A stretch of DNA of 64,000 bases. Source: an uncultured archaeon. GTDB taxonomy: Archaea; Altiarchaeota; Altiarchaeia; JAFGQM01. The translations under genes were made by a program, and so were the position numbers. The notes beneath the pieces were generated by a model, which was not told the DNA's origin, made no database searches, and saw nothing but the letters and a program-made list of their open reading frames with translations. This document shows positions 1 through 8,999 of the stretch, piece after piece. The stretch is from the NCBI GenBank assembly GCA_964592405.1, contig CAZQBY010000003.1, positions 20,329-84,328 on the forward strand, read 5' to 3'. Numbering within the stretch: position 1 is the first letter of the stretch; every line of letters starts with the position of its first letter.

Positions 1-178
1 GGTAGCCGGCAAGCTCTCCGGTCCGAGGCTTTACAACGATGTCTGGGAATTCAAACTCGGGGGGCAAGTCAATGAATATCTTTATATAAACAGGGAGGAC
101 GGCAGCTGGACATACTCCCAGTTTTATCCGCGTAATAGCAGATTTAAGAGGCTCTTCAGATGGTTCAGGGTTCCATGA
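1..178 (+). CDS. 3' end of a hypothetical protein (truncated by window edge)
   Basis: Frame 2 is open from the window edge (VAGKLSGPRLYNDVWEFKLGG...FRWFRVP) to TGA at 176-178; not in the ORF track. Confidence 0.6.
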   Translation, partial: VAGKLSGPRLYNDVWEFKLGGQVNEYLYINREDGSWTYSQFYPRNSRFKRLFRWFRVP

Positions 179-196
179 AACTTTTAGAAATACAAT

Positions 197-859
197 GTGG
201 ACAAGAGTTATATCAAGGAGAGAACGCGCAGGGCGTATGATAAAATAGGCAGAGACTATGATAACTGGTATTGGATGAAGAAGTCCAGAGAGCTGCGCAT
301 GGAGCTGACCCGGAGGGTGGTTGAGATACTCAGAAATGAGGTAATTGCTGGGAGAAAGAAACATCCGAGCGTTCTTGATTTATGTTGCGGTACTGGGCAT
401 CTGGTAAATGAGTTAGGGGATGTTGGATATACAGGTCTAGACTTCGCACCGGCGATGGTGGCATGTTGCAGGAAGGCCTATCCAAAGAAAAAATTCGTCT
501 TGGGAGATGCTGAAAACCTGCCCTTCAGGGACAGGAGTTTTGATGCAGTCATCTGCTTCTGGTCATTCCACCATATAGTCTATCCTGAGAAGGTTGTAGA
601 GGAGATACGGCGCGTCCTCAGGCCGGGGGGGCTTGTGCTCATTGCCACCTTCAAGGATGTCAAACTGAACCTTGCCGCAAGGATAGCAGACTGGATATCT
701 GACTCTTACTGGGGCTATGTTACCAAGCGCTATTCGATTGGCGAGATGGAGCGTCTTATGCAAAGGTTTAAGAATGTTAAGGTGGAAGTATTTCCAAAAA
801 GCTTTTCCATCCTCAATATGATGGGGATAAGATTCCTTATAGTGAGTGGCAGAAGGTAA
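197..859 (+). CDS. class I SAM-dependent methyltransferase (UbiE/Methyltransf_11-like)
   Basis: VLDLCCGTG motif I, GLDFAPAM, GDAENLPF..SFDAV, RVLRPGG. Confidence 0.9.
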   Translation: MDKSYIKERTRRAYDKIGRDYDNWYWMKKSRELRMELTRRVVEILRNEVIAGRKKHPSVLDLCCGTGHLVNELGDVGYTGLDFAPAMVACCRKAYPKKKFVLGDAENLPFRDRSFDAVICFWSFHHIVYPEKVVEEIRRVLRPGGLVLIATFKDVKLNLAARIADWISDSYWGYVTKRYSIGEMERLMQRFKNVKVEVFPKSFSILNMMGIRFLIVSGRR

Positions 860-1190
860 GGGCCTCCTTCTGGCGTCCGCCTCACTGATTGGTGTTCTCC
901 TGATTAGCCTGTGGGCTGAGGATATTGAGATTGGGCTCATGGAATTGGAGGATATAAACGCATTTATGCTCAATGAGGTTGTCCATATCAGGGGAGTGGT
1001 GAAGGAGTATGGGCCCATTGACGGGGGAGTAAGGCTACTTGTTGAGCAGAACGGTTATGATATGAGCGTGGTCTATTTTGGAGATATTGATGGCAGAAAG
1101 GGGATGTGTGCCGATGTTATAGGTGAGGTAAAAACAAGCAGGGGACCGGTGGAGATAACCGCAGAAAGACTGACGCTTTTCATATGTTAG
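846..1190 (+). CDS. membrane-anchored OB-fold protein
   Basis: N-terminal hydrophobic helix, then VHIRGVV...ADVIGEVK..VEITAE OB-fold strand pattern; overlaps the upstream gene. Confidence 0.6.
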   Translation: MAEGKGLLLASASLIGVLLISLWAEDIEIGLMELEDINAFMLNEVVHIRGVVKEYGPIDGGVRLLVEQNGYDMSVVYFGDIDGRKGMCADVIGEVKTSRGPVEITAERLTLFIC

Positions 1191-1212
1191 CATGCTGTTC
1201 AGGTGTCCTGAT

Positions 1213-1899
1213 TTACAGCTTTCTCATAATCTTGCGATAGAAGCTGATTATCCTCCGCCCCTCCTGCTCAGTCAGCATGGATTTGCCATATATCCTGCGC
1301 AGAGTAGAGTCCACAGCATGCTGCTGATGGGGTTGTTCATATACCCTCCTGACTATTTCTGTGGTGTATTTGTAGAGCTGTGCGCGCAGTTCTCTTGTAA
1401 GAGCCTTCTCCCTGACAGTCTTCTCAAATCGCTTCTTGGCCAGCTCGTATAGGACAATGCAGACGCTCTGGGCCAGGTTCAGGATGGGATATTCCGGATT
1501 TGAGGGTATCCTAACAACAACATCCGTTTGCTCAAGGATATCATTGGGCAGACCGTATGCCTCATTGCCGAAAAGCAATGCAGTTTTATCATGTGGCAGG
1601 ATCCCGGCCAGTTGCTCAGGCGTAAGCGGCGCCTTTCGCTTGGGCGTCTTGTGACCACCCTTCTTACCTGTAGTCCCGACTATGTAACTGCATCCACGGA
1701 CAGCAGCAGGGAGGCTGTGGACAATCATAGCCTTCTCCAGGACCGTTGTACCATGACTTGCAAAGGCTCTTGCAACTCTCCCCAATTCACAGGGATTGAC
1801 CAGATAGAGTTCCGAAAAGCCGAAGTTCCTCATGGCACGTGCCACTGATCCTATATTGCCCTCCTCCTGCGGATGCAGCAGAACCACACGAACGTCCAT
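1213..1899 (-). CDS. trmJ: SPOUT tRNA 2'-O-methyltransferase, TrmJ family
   Basis: PQEEGNIGSVARAMRNFG, LLFGNEAYGL, YPILNLAQSV motifs. Confidence 0.85.
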   Translation of the reverse strand: MDVRVVLLHPQEEGNIGSVARAMRNFGFSELYLVNPCELGRVARAFASHGTTVLEKAMIVHSLPAAVRGCSYIVGTTGKKGGHKTPKRKAPLTPEQLAGILPHDKTALLFGNEAYGLPNDILEQTDVVVRIPSNPEYPILNLAQSVCIVLYELAKKRFEKTVREKALTRELRAQLYKYTTEIVRRVYEQPHQQHAVDSTLRRIYGKSMLTEQEGRRIISFYRKIMRKL

Positions 1900-1976
1900 C
1901 TTTTTAATCAGTATTTCCTAATTAATAAGCCCTATAATATAAGCATATAAGCCCAAATGAAAATATACACCCAAAA

Positions 1977-3203
1977 ATGAAAAAGAGAAACCTAATAAGT
2001 CTCCTATTGCTCTTGTTCCCAATATTGTTGCCCCCGGCGCCCGGTCAGCTCAGCCAAGAAGATGCAGGGATTATCTGTAATCAGTATGCGGGTGAGGGTG
2101 AGAGCGTACAGGTGATGGGGCCTGTCAGCTGTGAGGGGTCATACTGGCTCTGTGGTTTCACATACTTTGGCAATAAGCAGAATATCCTGCTGGCTGTCTC
2201 AAGGAGTACCGGGGCAGTCCTGCCGGAGACAAGCGACATATTCCATGACCTCATATCCACCAGATATGCAGAGGAATATGGGGCAACCCGCATATTCAGC
2301 CAGTTCATAACAGACCCGACGCTTGCCATAGAGCTGAGGGGTATGAACGCCACCATGTTCAATTATGAGAATATGCTGAGATCGGCGATGGAAGAAGGTA
2401 CGATAACCCGGGCAGAGTTTGCTGAAATCAGCAATGAGATTTCCTCAGTAGTAGAACTTGGGCTTGAACTGGCTGATATGGTAGATGGTCTTTACAATGC
2501 ATCAATGGAGTTCCTAGCATCACCGGATTGCGTTGAACTGCTTGACTATATGGACCACCTAAATACGACCCTTGGACTGGCCAGAAATTTCAGCATGTCT
2601 TGGAATGAATTTATAGACGATTACAACAGCATCGTCACAAGGCCTGAGAATATCCAGATGGTTGCCATAAATCCCAGCGATGCGCAGATATTCGCCCAAC
2701 GGCTTGCCTCTGTTTTGGATGATCTGGAGCAGTATAGGGGGAATGTTGAGGAGTTTAGGGAGACAGTTATCGGCAATGTCATAACCAGGCTTGAACGGAA
2801 AGAGACCAAAGACAAACTAGATGAGGCTTATGACATCGTGAGCACCTCTAGAAACCCGGATGCAAAGGAAAAATATAACCAAGCATCGAGAGCTTTCTCC
2901 AGTGGTGAATATCAGAAAGCGCGCAGCCTGATAAACGAAGCCATAGCCCTGGCGAGGATAGAGCTACCAGAAGATGACCATGGTCCTGTTGTTGTAGTCG
3001 AGAGAGCTTCGGATTATACGCCCTATTTCATTGCCATTGGAGTCCTTTTACTTGCCATACTGGTCATTATGCTGGCCAGAAGGAGAGGGGAGGAAAAGGA
3101 TGAAAACGAGGAAGGAGAGGACGAGGAGAACAGGAAGGAGTCCGCCGGAACCGGGACATGGAGCTGGACAAGGGAGGGGCACAGTGCCCTTGAAAGGGTA
3201 TGA
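1977..3203 (+). CDS. secreted/surface helical protein with C-terminal membrane anchor
   Basis: Signal peptide MKKRNLISLLLLLF; C-terminal TM FIAIGVLLLAILVIMLA followed by RRR and an acidic tail. Confidence 0.7.
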   Translation: MKKRNLISLLLLLFPILLPPAPGQLSQEDAGIICNQYAGEGESVQVMGPVSCEGSYWLCGFTYFGNKQNILLAVSRSTGAVLPETSDIFHDLISTRYAEEYGATRIFSQFITDPTLAIELRGMNATMFNYENMLRSAMEEGTITRAEFAEISNEISSVVELGLELADMVDGLYNASMEFLASPDCVELLDYMDHLNTTLGLARNFSMSWNEFIDDYNSIVTRPENIQMVAINPSDAQIFAQRLASVLDDLEQYRGNVEEFRETVIGNVITRLERKETKDKLDEAYDIVSTSRNPDAKEKYNQASRAFSSGEYQKARSLINEAIALARIELPEDDHGPVVVVERASDYTPYFIAIGVLLLAILVIMLARRRGEEKDENEEGEDEENRKESAGTGTWSWTREGHSALERV

Positions 3204-3584
3204 TCAGAGGGTCTGTTGGAGCCCGATGAGTGTTTCAAAGCTTATAGATGTATCGCTTTTTGATATCTTCATACCTGAAAGGAGATCCAATGGGAAGAAC
3301 CTTGGCTTTTCTCTGTCAAATTTGACCGCAATGTAGGCCTCACAGTCCGCTCGTGAGCGGAATGCCCTAAGCTTCTCAACATCGCTCTTGTCAAGCCTGA
3401 ATGAGTTCTTTTTGGTGGTCTTGCACTCTATGATTATAACACGCTGGTCCTTCATAGCGATTATGTCTGGTATTGGGAATGGTGCCGAACCACTTCCGGC
3501 TGCACGAACGGCCGTAAACCCGCTATCCCAGAACCTGCGGACTAGACTCCTCTCAAAATTGGCGCCCTTCCTGTAGAATGCCAT
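3204..3584 (-). CDS. hjc: archaeal Holliday junction resolvase
   Basis: KGANFER, RAAGSG, PDIIA, IECKT nuclease motifs. Confidence 0.93.
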   Translation of the reverse strand: MAFYRKGANFERSLVRRFWDSGFTAVRAAGSGSAPFPIPDIIAMKDQRVIIIECKTTKKNSFRLDKSDVEKLRAFRSRADCEAYIAVKFDREKPRFFPLDLLSGMKISKSDTSISFETLIGLQQTL

Positions 3585-3700
3585 GAGGAGTTAACAACTG
3601 GAGAATTAAAAACTTGTGGATCGGGAAATTGACAGACATGGGTTTATATTGGCCTGATGTTTATATTAAACATTATATTAAGCTAATTCCTAAAAAGAGG

Positions 3701-5083
3701 ATGAAAAGGTTTTTGATTATAGCATTGCTTTTGATGATTGGAGGGGCATCGGCAATCACCTGCCCATTCTGTAGTGGCAAGGTCGTAGAGGTTTGCAACG
3801 TGGACATCCAGCCCGAAAAGCCTGTTTACCGCCAAGACCTTGTGCTAAACATAACAAAGGGTTTTCTCCGCCACTTTGAACCAATCGAAGAGGGTACGGA
3901 AGTTGAAATATGGTTTTACAACACCACGACTAATGTAAAGAAGGTCAAACTTGAGACTGATGAGAGAGGGATTATCAGATTCACACCAGAGATAGTCGGT
4001 TATCATCTTATAAAGGTGTGTGGAAAGAGTATTCTTGTGTTTGTGAACACCACATGCGGTGATGGTATCTGTTATGGTTATGAAGCCCGGGGGAACTGCC
4101 CCGAAGACTGTGGATTCTGTGGAGATTATATATGCGACGCCAACGAAGACATCAACTGCCCTGATTGTGCCAAGTGTGGAGATGGAATATGCAGTGGGGG
4201 GGAGAACAAGGAAACCTGCATCATAGACTGCTATGTATGTGGCGATAAGGTATGCGATGAGCCGGAGGATTATGGATCCTGCAGGCTGGACTGCCCATCC
4301 GGAGGAGAGGATGGTCTGTGCGACATGCAGGCTGATGGTATATGTGATCCAGACTGCAGGTTTGAAGAGGACATAGACTGCAGGGTTGTTAACGAGGAGG
4401 TTGATTATCCCGGTTCGATAGAAAGAGAAGAGAACGGCTTTGACTTCATGTTCTACATCCCTGTGGCCATAATAGCAGTATGCGCTGTAGTTATGGTGTT
4501 TCTCTTCATGAAGTATGGCAGGACGGATGAAAGGCTTGAAGGGTGGGGGCTGGAGAAAGCTGGGGCAGGGGCAGGGACAAAAACAAAAGCTGCTGAAGAG
4601 CAGAAGGCTCTGGAAGAAGAGAAGGAGCTCGCACGCATAGCTGAAGAGCAGAAGAGGAAGGCTCTTGAGGAGGAAAGGCGCGTCTTAGAGGCCCAGAAGA
4701 AGGCTCTGGAAGAAGAGAAGAAAAGATTAGAGGAGGAAAAACGGGCAGCGGAGCAGAAAATAAAAGAAGAGCTCAGGCACACAGCAGAGCGAAAGAGGAG
4801 ATATCGCGAGTTACAACGCGAGGAAGCCAGGAGAAGGGCGGAGGAAGAAAGGAAGAAAAAGGAAGAGGAGATGAGGCGCAGAGAGGCTGAGAGATGGAGA
4901 GAATTGATAAGCAGAAAATATGCCAGGGAGGAGGTCGGCCAAAAGAAGGAGCCAAAGCCTCCAAAAACAAAAATCCAGAAGAAACAGAAGGAAGCGCCGA
5001 AAGAATCTCCACAGGGTGAAGAAGAGGTTCACAAAAGCGTCAAAGAGTTTCTCAATGAGCTGAAAGAGAGGGTGGGCAGATAG
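3701..5083 (+). CDS. Cys-rich surface protein with TM helix and E/K/R-rich cytoplasmic tail
   Basis: Start moved to MKRFLIIALLL signal peptide; repeated CGDxxC...CPxDC units; TM FYIPVAIIAVCAVVMVFLF; long charged helix. Confidence 0.75.
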   Translation: MKRFLIIALLLMIGGASAITCPFCSGKVVEVCNVDIQPEKPVYRQDLVLNITKGFLRHFEPIEEGTEVEIWFYNTTTNVKKVKLETDERGIIRFTPEIVGYHLIKVCGKSILVFVNTTCGDGICYGYEARGNCPEDCGFCGDYICDANEDINCPDCAKCGDGICSGGENKETCIIDCYVCGDKVCDEPEDYGSCRLDCPSGGEDGLCDMQADGICDPDCRFEEDIDCRVVNEEVDYPGSIEREENGFDFMFYIPVAIIAVCAVVMVFLFMKYGRTDERLEGWGLEKAGAGAGTKTKAAEEQKALEEEKELARIAEEQKRKALEEERRVLEAQKKALEEEKKRLEEEKRAAEQKIKEELRHTAERKRRYRELQREEARRRAEEERKKKEEEMRRREAERWRELISRKYAREEVGQKKEPKPPKTKIQKKQKEAPKESPQGEEEVHKSVKEFLNELKERVGR

Positions 5084-5086
5084 AGA

Positions 5087-5917
5087 CTAATGCAGGGAAT
5101 AATAGAGGTTTTTTGCTATCAGAATGAGAAGAGGGGTTAGGGCAGAGAGAAACAAAACCCACCTGAGACTCTGGCCGGCATTGCTCTCCGGCAGTTCCAT
5201 CGACAGATTTGGAGGAACCTGCTCAACCTCTATTGCACGGACTATATCCCAGTCTTTCCTTCCTCTTGCGCGCACCTTGATATTGTAAAACCCGCTGGCT
5301 GCTTTGTGTTTGACGACATCGGTCAGGATTATAATCCTGCTCTCGCCCTTTTTGAGATTATATCTCTGGGCATTACCCTTCCAGCCATAGAATGAATAAC
5401 AGGTTTTTCCCCCATAGACATAGGAGTAAATCTCCAGATCGGCGTCCTCATATGTTGTCAGTCTGATGGCAACCTGGAACTCCTCGCCTGTTTTGACTTT
5501 CTCTGGAACAGAGAGAAAGCTGAGGGCGATACCGCTCTCCGGCTTTGGCCTCTCGAACCCACTTTCCCCGACTTTAAAGAAAAAGTTCTTGTAGGTGTAA
5601 GTCCCGTTGACTATGTCCGCGCGCGCGTATATCTTGTATTCACCCTGCTCTGTAGGCACAGTGTAACTGCAATTGAGACGCATGGATTTGAGGGCTCCAA
5701 GGGAGTAATTTCCGCCACAATCTAGGTGGGAGATGACCTCCCAGTTTTCAGTTTTCTTTTTGAGCTGTAGATCCAAGTCGAACAAGACGTCATATTCTGC
5801 TTTGTTTTGTACCGTGACTTCAAGGAAGCCACACTGCAGCTTGCCGTCCAGACTGAGCGGAGCTGTGCTAGCCGGTTGGACAAACAGCAGGAAGAGGACC
5901 ACAAAACGCAACTCCAC
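5087..5917 (-). CDS. secreted beta-sandwich (Ig-like) protein with C-terminal anchor
   Basis: Signal peptide, two beta-rich halves (GEYKIYARA, GFYNIKVRA), C-terminal hydrophobic helix. Confidence 0.6.
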   Translation of the reverse strand: MELRFVVLFLLFVQPASTAPLSLDGKLQCGFLEVTVQNKAEYDVLFDLDLQLKKKTENWEVISHLDCGGNYSLGALKSMRLNCSYTVPTEQGEYKIYARADIVNGTYTYKNFFFKVGESGFERPKPESGIALSFLSVPEKVKTGEEFQVAIRLTTYEDADLEIYSYVYGGKTCYSFYGWKGNAQRYNLKKGESRIIILTDVVKHKAASGFYNIKVRARGRKDWDIVRAIEVEQVPPNLSMELPESNAGQSLRWVLFLSALTPLLILIAKNLYYSLH

Positions 5918-5959
5918 CAGAAGTTTAAAGTGATAAGGAAGAAAAACACACTGGCCTGA

Positions 5960-6190
5960 TTATTCATCAATGGTGGTATACCCGGTCTCGTCCACTATCT
6001 CGCGAATGGTGCGGGGAGTCTGCCTTCTGGTATCAAATAGTATCGTTACGACACCGCTGACATAATTGGCCTTCACATCTTCTATCCCCCCGGCAGAATT
6101 CCTTATCATTGTCTCACACCGCCGGGCATGGCCCTCTGTGAACAGTCCATCCACCCTGAGGGTCATCTTTGAGAGCCTCTTCTGGGACAT
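5960..6190 (-). CDS. degenerate heavy-metal-associated (HMA/CopZ-like) domain protein
   Basis: LRVDG....GIEDVKANY..VTILFD....I...GY ferredoxin-like HMA pattern, but GMxCxxC is replaced by GLFTEGH. Confidence 0.65.
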   Translation of the reverse strand: MSQKRLSKMTLRVDGLFTEGHARRCETMIRNSAGGIEDVKANYVSGVVTILFDTRRQTPRTIREIVDETGYTTIDE

Positions 6191-6220
6191 GATTAAACTA
6201 TAAGTTCAGGGAAGAAAAAA

Positions 6221-6402
6221 TCAGCCCAGCGGGCAGCCGAAAACCTGCGAGAGCTTGGAGAGGCTCTGCTTCCCCGTGAGGCGCATCTCGCTGCCTATCC
6301 ATGTCGGTAGCTTCTTACTCCCATGACGTCGCCCACCATGGCCACCACCTTGCCCTCCCGCTGCAGATGCTTGACATAGTTGACCTTGTCCTCGGGAAGC
6401 AT
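6221..6402 (-). pseudogene. fragment of a P1B-type heavy-metal ATPase (CopA-like)
   Basis: Minus strand from 6402 reads MLPEDKVNYVKHLQREGKVVAMVGD (hinge region preceding GDGxND), then breaks with a stop at 6295-6297. Confidence 0.75.
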
Positions 6403-6469
6403 AATTCACACGGTCGGCCTTGCTATGTATTTAAATAGAATGTCCAATGATATCAATTGACAGTAGATT

Positions 6470-6778
6470 ATGACCTGTTATATAATACCAACAGCGGCTG
6501 CTGTTGTCCATTATCTTGTAAGAACCCGCAGGCCTAGTTTAAAGCACAATACCCACCATCTATGGCTGAATCTATTATTTCTGGGTGGGGCCATCTTCGG
6601 TGTGATTGACCATTTATGGAATGGAGAGCTTTTCCTTTTTGGGGAGAATCTCCTCTTGGACTTGACACTGGGGGTTACAATTACTGCCTCAATAATAGTT
6701 GTGTGGGCCCTTATTGTGGTGTTGGACAAAAGCTTAGCTAGGGATATCGTGCAAAAACCAGAATTTTTACAGGGATAA
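6470..6778 (+). CDS. small membrane protein
   Basis: Three hydrophobic segments; LLFLGGAIFGVIDHLWNGELF. Confidence 0.65.
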   Translation: MTCYIIPTAAAVVHYLVRTRRPSLKHNTHHLWLNLLFLGGAIFGVIDHLWNGELFLFGENLLLDLTLGVTITASIIVVWALIVVLDKSLARDIVQKPEFLQG

Positions 6779-6863
6779 AATGACATACCTAGAGGAATCT
6801 TTGCTACCGGGTTGATTGGAATCTTTATGTTATCTATGGTTATATCAATCATCGAGCGTGAGG

Positions 6864-7184
6864 ATGCATGAGACCGTATTCGCAAACAGGATAATAGAGG
6901 AGGCAAGGAAAGAGGGTGAAATCACTGGAATAAGTGTGGAGGTGGGCGAGCTTGCGCATATCCCGGCCCGGGAACTCAAGGAGGCATTAGAAAGGCTGGT
7001 CGACTGGGATATTGAGATAATAGAGAAAAGGGCGAAGGTGAGATGCCCCTGTGGGTTTGAGGGGCATCCGAAGATTCTGGAAAAGGGCCACGATTACACT
7101 CTCTTCCAGTGTCCAAGATGTGCCAGAGTCCCTGAAGTCATGGAAGGTGGGGATATTATATTAAAAGAAGTAAGATGTGTCTAG
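6864..7184 (+). CDS. hypA: hydrogenase nickel metallochaperone HypA
   Basis: Start at MHE Ni-binding motif; VGEL; CPCG and CPRC zinc ligands; GGDIIL. Confidence 0.92.
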   Translation: MHETVFANRIIEEARKEGEITGISVEVGELAHIPARELKEALERLVDWDIEIIEKRAKVRCPCGFEGHPKILEKGHDYTLFQCPRCARVPEVMEGGDIILKEVRCV

Positions 7185-7384
7185 CCATCCCTGGACGGGT
7201 TATCGAGGTCAGGGGAGACGTCGCGACCGTAGACTATGGGGGCGAGAAAAGAAAGGCGAGGATCGAGGATATCCGCGTGTCTCCGGGAGATTATGTGATA
7301 GTCCAGTTCGGATTCGTGATGCAAAAGCTGGCAGAAGAGGAAGCATTGAAGAGTCTGGAGACATGGACTAGTTTGAAGGACTGA
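7175..7384 (+). CDS. hypC: hydrogenase maturation chaperone HypC
   Basis: MCLAIPGRV N-terminus; PGDYVIVQFG (conserved His replaced by Gln). Confidence 0.92.
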   Translation: MCLAIPGRVIEVRGDVATVDYGGEKRKARIEDIRVSPGDYVIVQFGFVMQKLAEEEALKSLETWTSLKD

Positions 7385-8075
7385 CGCTTCCAATAGCCTC
7401 GAGGGTAAGCCTTTCCAGATTCTTTTTCTGCGTTTTGGCGAGTACTTCTACTGCATGGTCCCAATGAATAGAGACATAATCTCCCTCTTTTATGAATAAC
7501 AGCTCCGGATCGAACAGAATTTTTTTCTCCCGAGGTTCCGAGAGGAGAAACCCGTCTTCCAAAAGGAGCTCTCTGCGGACCACGGTGGCGTGGTCATCAG
7601 TTACATCATCTACGCGGCCGCATGAAATCATGCACTTGTCCATGTTGCCGACCGTGCTCGGGAGGGAGCCGGTAGTCCTCCCCGGACCAACGTAAAGGAC
7701 GTGGAAGTTGTGGGTGAGGGGCATCGTCCGGGGGGGGTTCTTCAGCAGCTCGTCACGGATGGATTCAGGCAGTCCCCTTTTCCCCAGAAGGGAGAGCAAG
7801 GCCGTGAGATCCCGCTCTCCATATCCTCTGGACAACTCATTGCCGATCCAGTAGGCCTCGACCACGTCCGGATCAAAGGGCTGCAGACCGTGCCTCTTCG
7901 AGATTATCTCCAGGTAGGGATACAGGGCCTCGAAGCGGGTCAAGAGCCTGGCCGCTTCCCCGTCGTCCCCTAGGATGAATCTCCTCAATCCCTCCGCTGC
8001 TCCGGGGGGGCCGCAGAAGCCCAGCTTGTTCGTTATCAGGGAATACCTGCAACAAAGCCTAACTCCTTCCATCAT
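7368..8075 (-). CDS. DUF6390-like hydrogenase-associated protein with C-terminal HypC-like domain
   Basis: RYSLITNKLGFCGP, FEALYPYL, VVEAYWIGN, HNFHV, GDYVSIHW motifs; family name recalled from memory. Confidence 0.75.
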   Translation of the reverse strand: MMEGVRLCCRYSLITNKLGFCGPPGAAEGLRRFILGDDGEAARLLTRFEALYPYLEIISKRHGLQPFDPDVVEAYWIGNELSRGYGERDLTALLSLLGKRGLPESIRDELLKNPPRTMPLTHNFHVLYVGPGRTTGSLPSTVGNMDKCMISCGRVDDVTDDHATVVRRELLLEDGFLLSEPREKKILFDPELLFIKEGDYVSIHWDHAVEVLAKTQKKNLERLTLEAIGSVSPSN

Positions 8076-8967
8076 ACACCCTCAGCTTGGTCATTATCCC
8101 CTCAGGAATCCGACCGCTGAGAAATACCATAGTCACGACCCCGGAAATCAAGAACGCCGTGCCCAATATGTGGCCCGGGAGTATGGTCCCGTTCATCAAC
8201 GTGGCAGAAAGGAGCGTGGTGATCGGGCTGCCCAGAAGCAGGATAGAAGTCGCCACGTGCGCTTTCACGGTCTGGAGTCCTGTGTAGAAGGTAATCACGT
8301 AAAGGAAGAGGAAGCCGGAGGTGAGCAGCACCCAGGGCCAGTGCCCGACCAGGGAGCCCGCCTCGGCTATCGAGCCCGTGGCCGTCAAGAAGATCAGAAG
8401 GAACACGGCACCGAAGAACATTCTCCCGAATGCCACTATTGAAGGTGAAAGTGTGCTTAGGGTATGCTTGGATATAATTACCTCCACTGCCCAAAACAAG
8501 GTAGCCAGCAGGATAAGCAAGTCCCCCATTCCCAAACCTAACGGGAGATTCAAAAAGATAGCATTTCCTGCGAGCAGCAGGGTGGCAGGAATCAGGATTC
8601 TCTTGCCCAGCCTCTCCTTTAGTAAAAGGGCAGCGAGCACTGCCACATAGATGAACATGGTCTTGTGGATAAAGGCGCCCCTAGCGGCCGTGGTCATCTG
8701 GAGGCCGTTGAAGAACAGCAGGAAGGGGATGCTCCCCCCAAAAAGACCGATCGCAGCCAGACGCAGCCAGTCCCTCCTCCCCAGGACCCTCAGTTCTCTG
8801 AACTTCCTGACGAAGAGTATCAGAGCGAACAACAATAGCGCCGTGATAAGGTTCTTGCTCCAGGTATAAACGCTGGCGTTGATTCCCGATACGCCAACCC
8901 TGTTTACAAAAATGGATACTCCACTGATGACGGCAGTAGCTAGGACCAGATAAACCCCCCTTGCCAT
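8059..8967 (-). CDS. EamA/DMT family transporter
   Basis: About 10 TM helices in two repeats; GDLLILLATLFWA. Confidence 0.88.
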   Translation of the reverse strand: MARGVYLVLATAVISGVSIFVNRVGVSGINASVYTWSKNLITALLLFALILFVRKFRELRVLGRRDWLRLAAIGLFGGSIPFLLFFNGLQMTTAARGAFIHKTMFIYVAVLAALLLKERLGKRILIPATLLLAGNAIFLNLPLGLGMGDLLILLATLFWAVEVIISKHTLSTLSPSIVAFGRMFFGAVFLLIFLTATGSIAEAGSLVGHWPWVLLTSGFLFLYVITFYTGLQTVKAHVATSILLLGSPITTLLSATLMNGTILPGHILGTAFLISGVVTMVFLSGRIPEGIMTKLRVYDGRS

Positions 8968-8999
8968 TTTTCATTATGATAAGCAAAGAATAGATAAAA

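Noticed and set aside
4590-4740. Near-identical DNA repeats (AGAAGGCTCTGGAAGAAGAGAAG)
   Set aside because: They are explained by the repeated KALEEEK peptide inside a coding charged helix.
6816-6863. N-terminal extension of HypA in the ORF track
   Set aside because: HypA needs the MHE N-terminus, so the start was placed at 6864.
6776-6871. In-frame hydrophobic continuation after the TAA of 6470-6778
   Set aside because: TAA is not a recoded codon and no readthrough signal is seen; it may be a remnant but cannot be supported.
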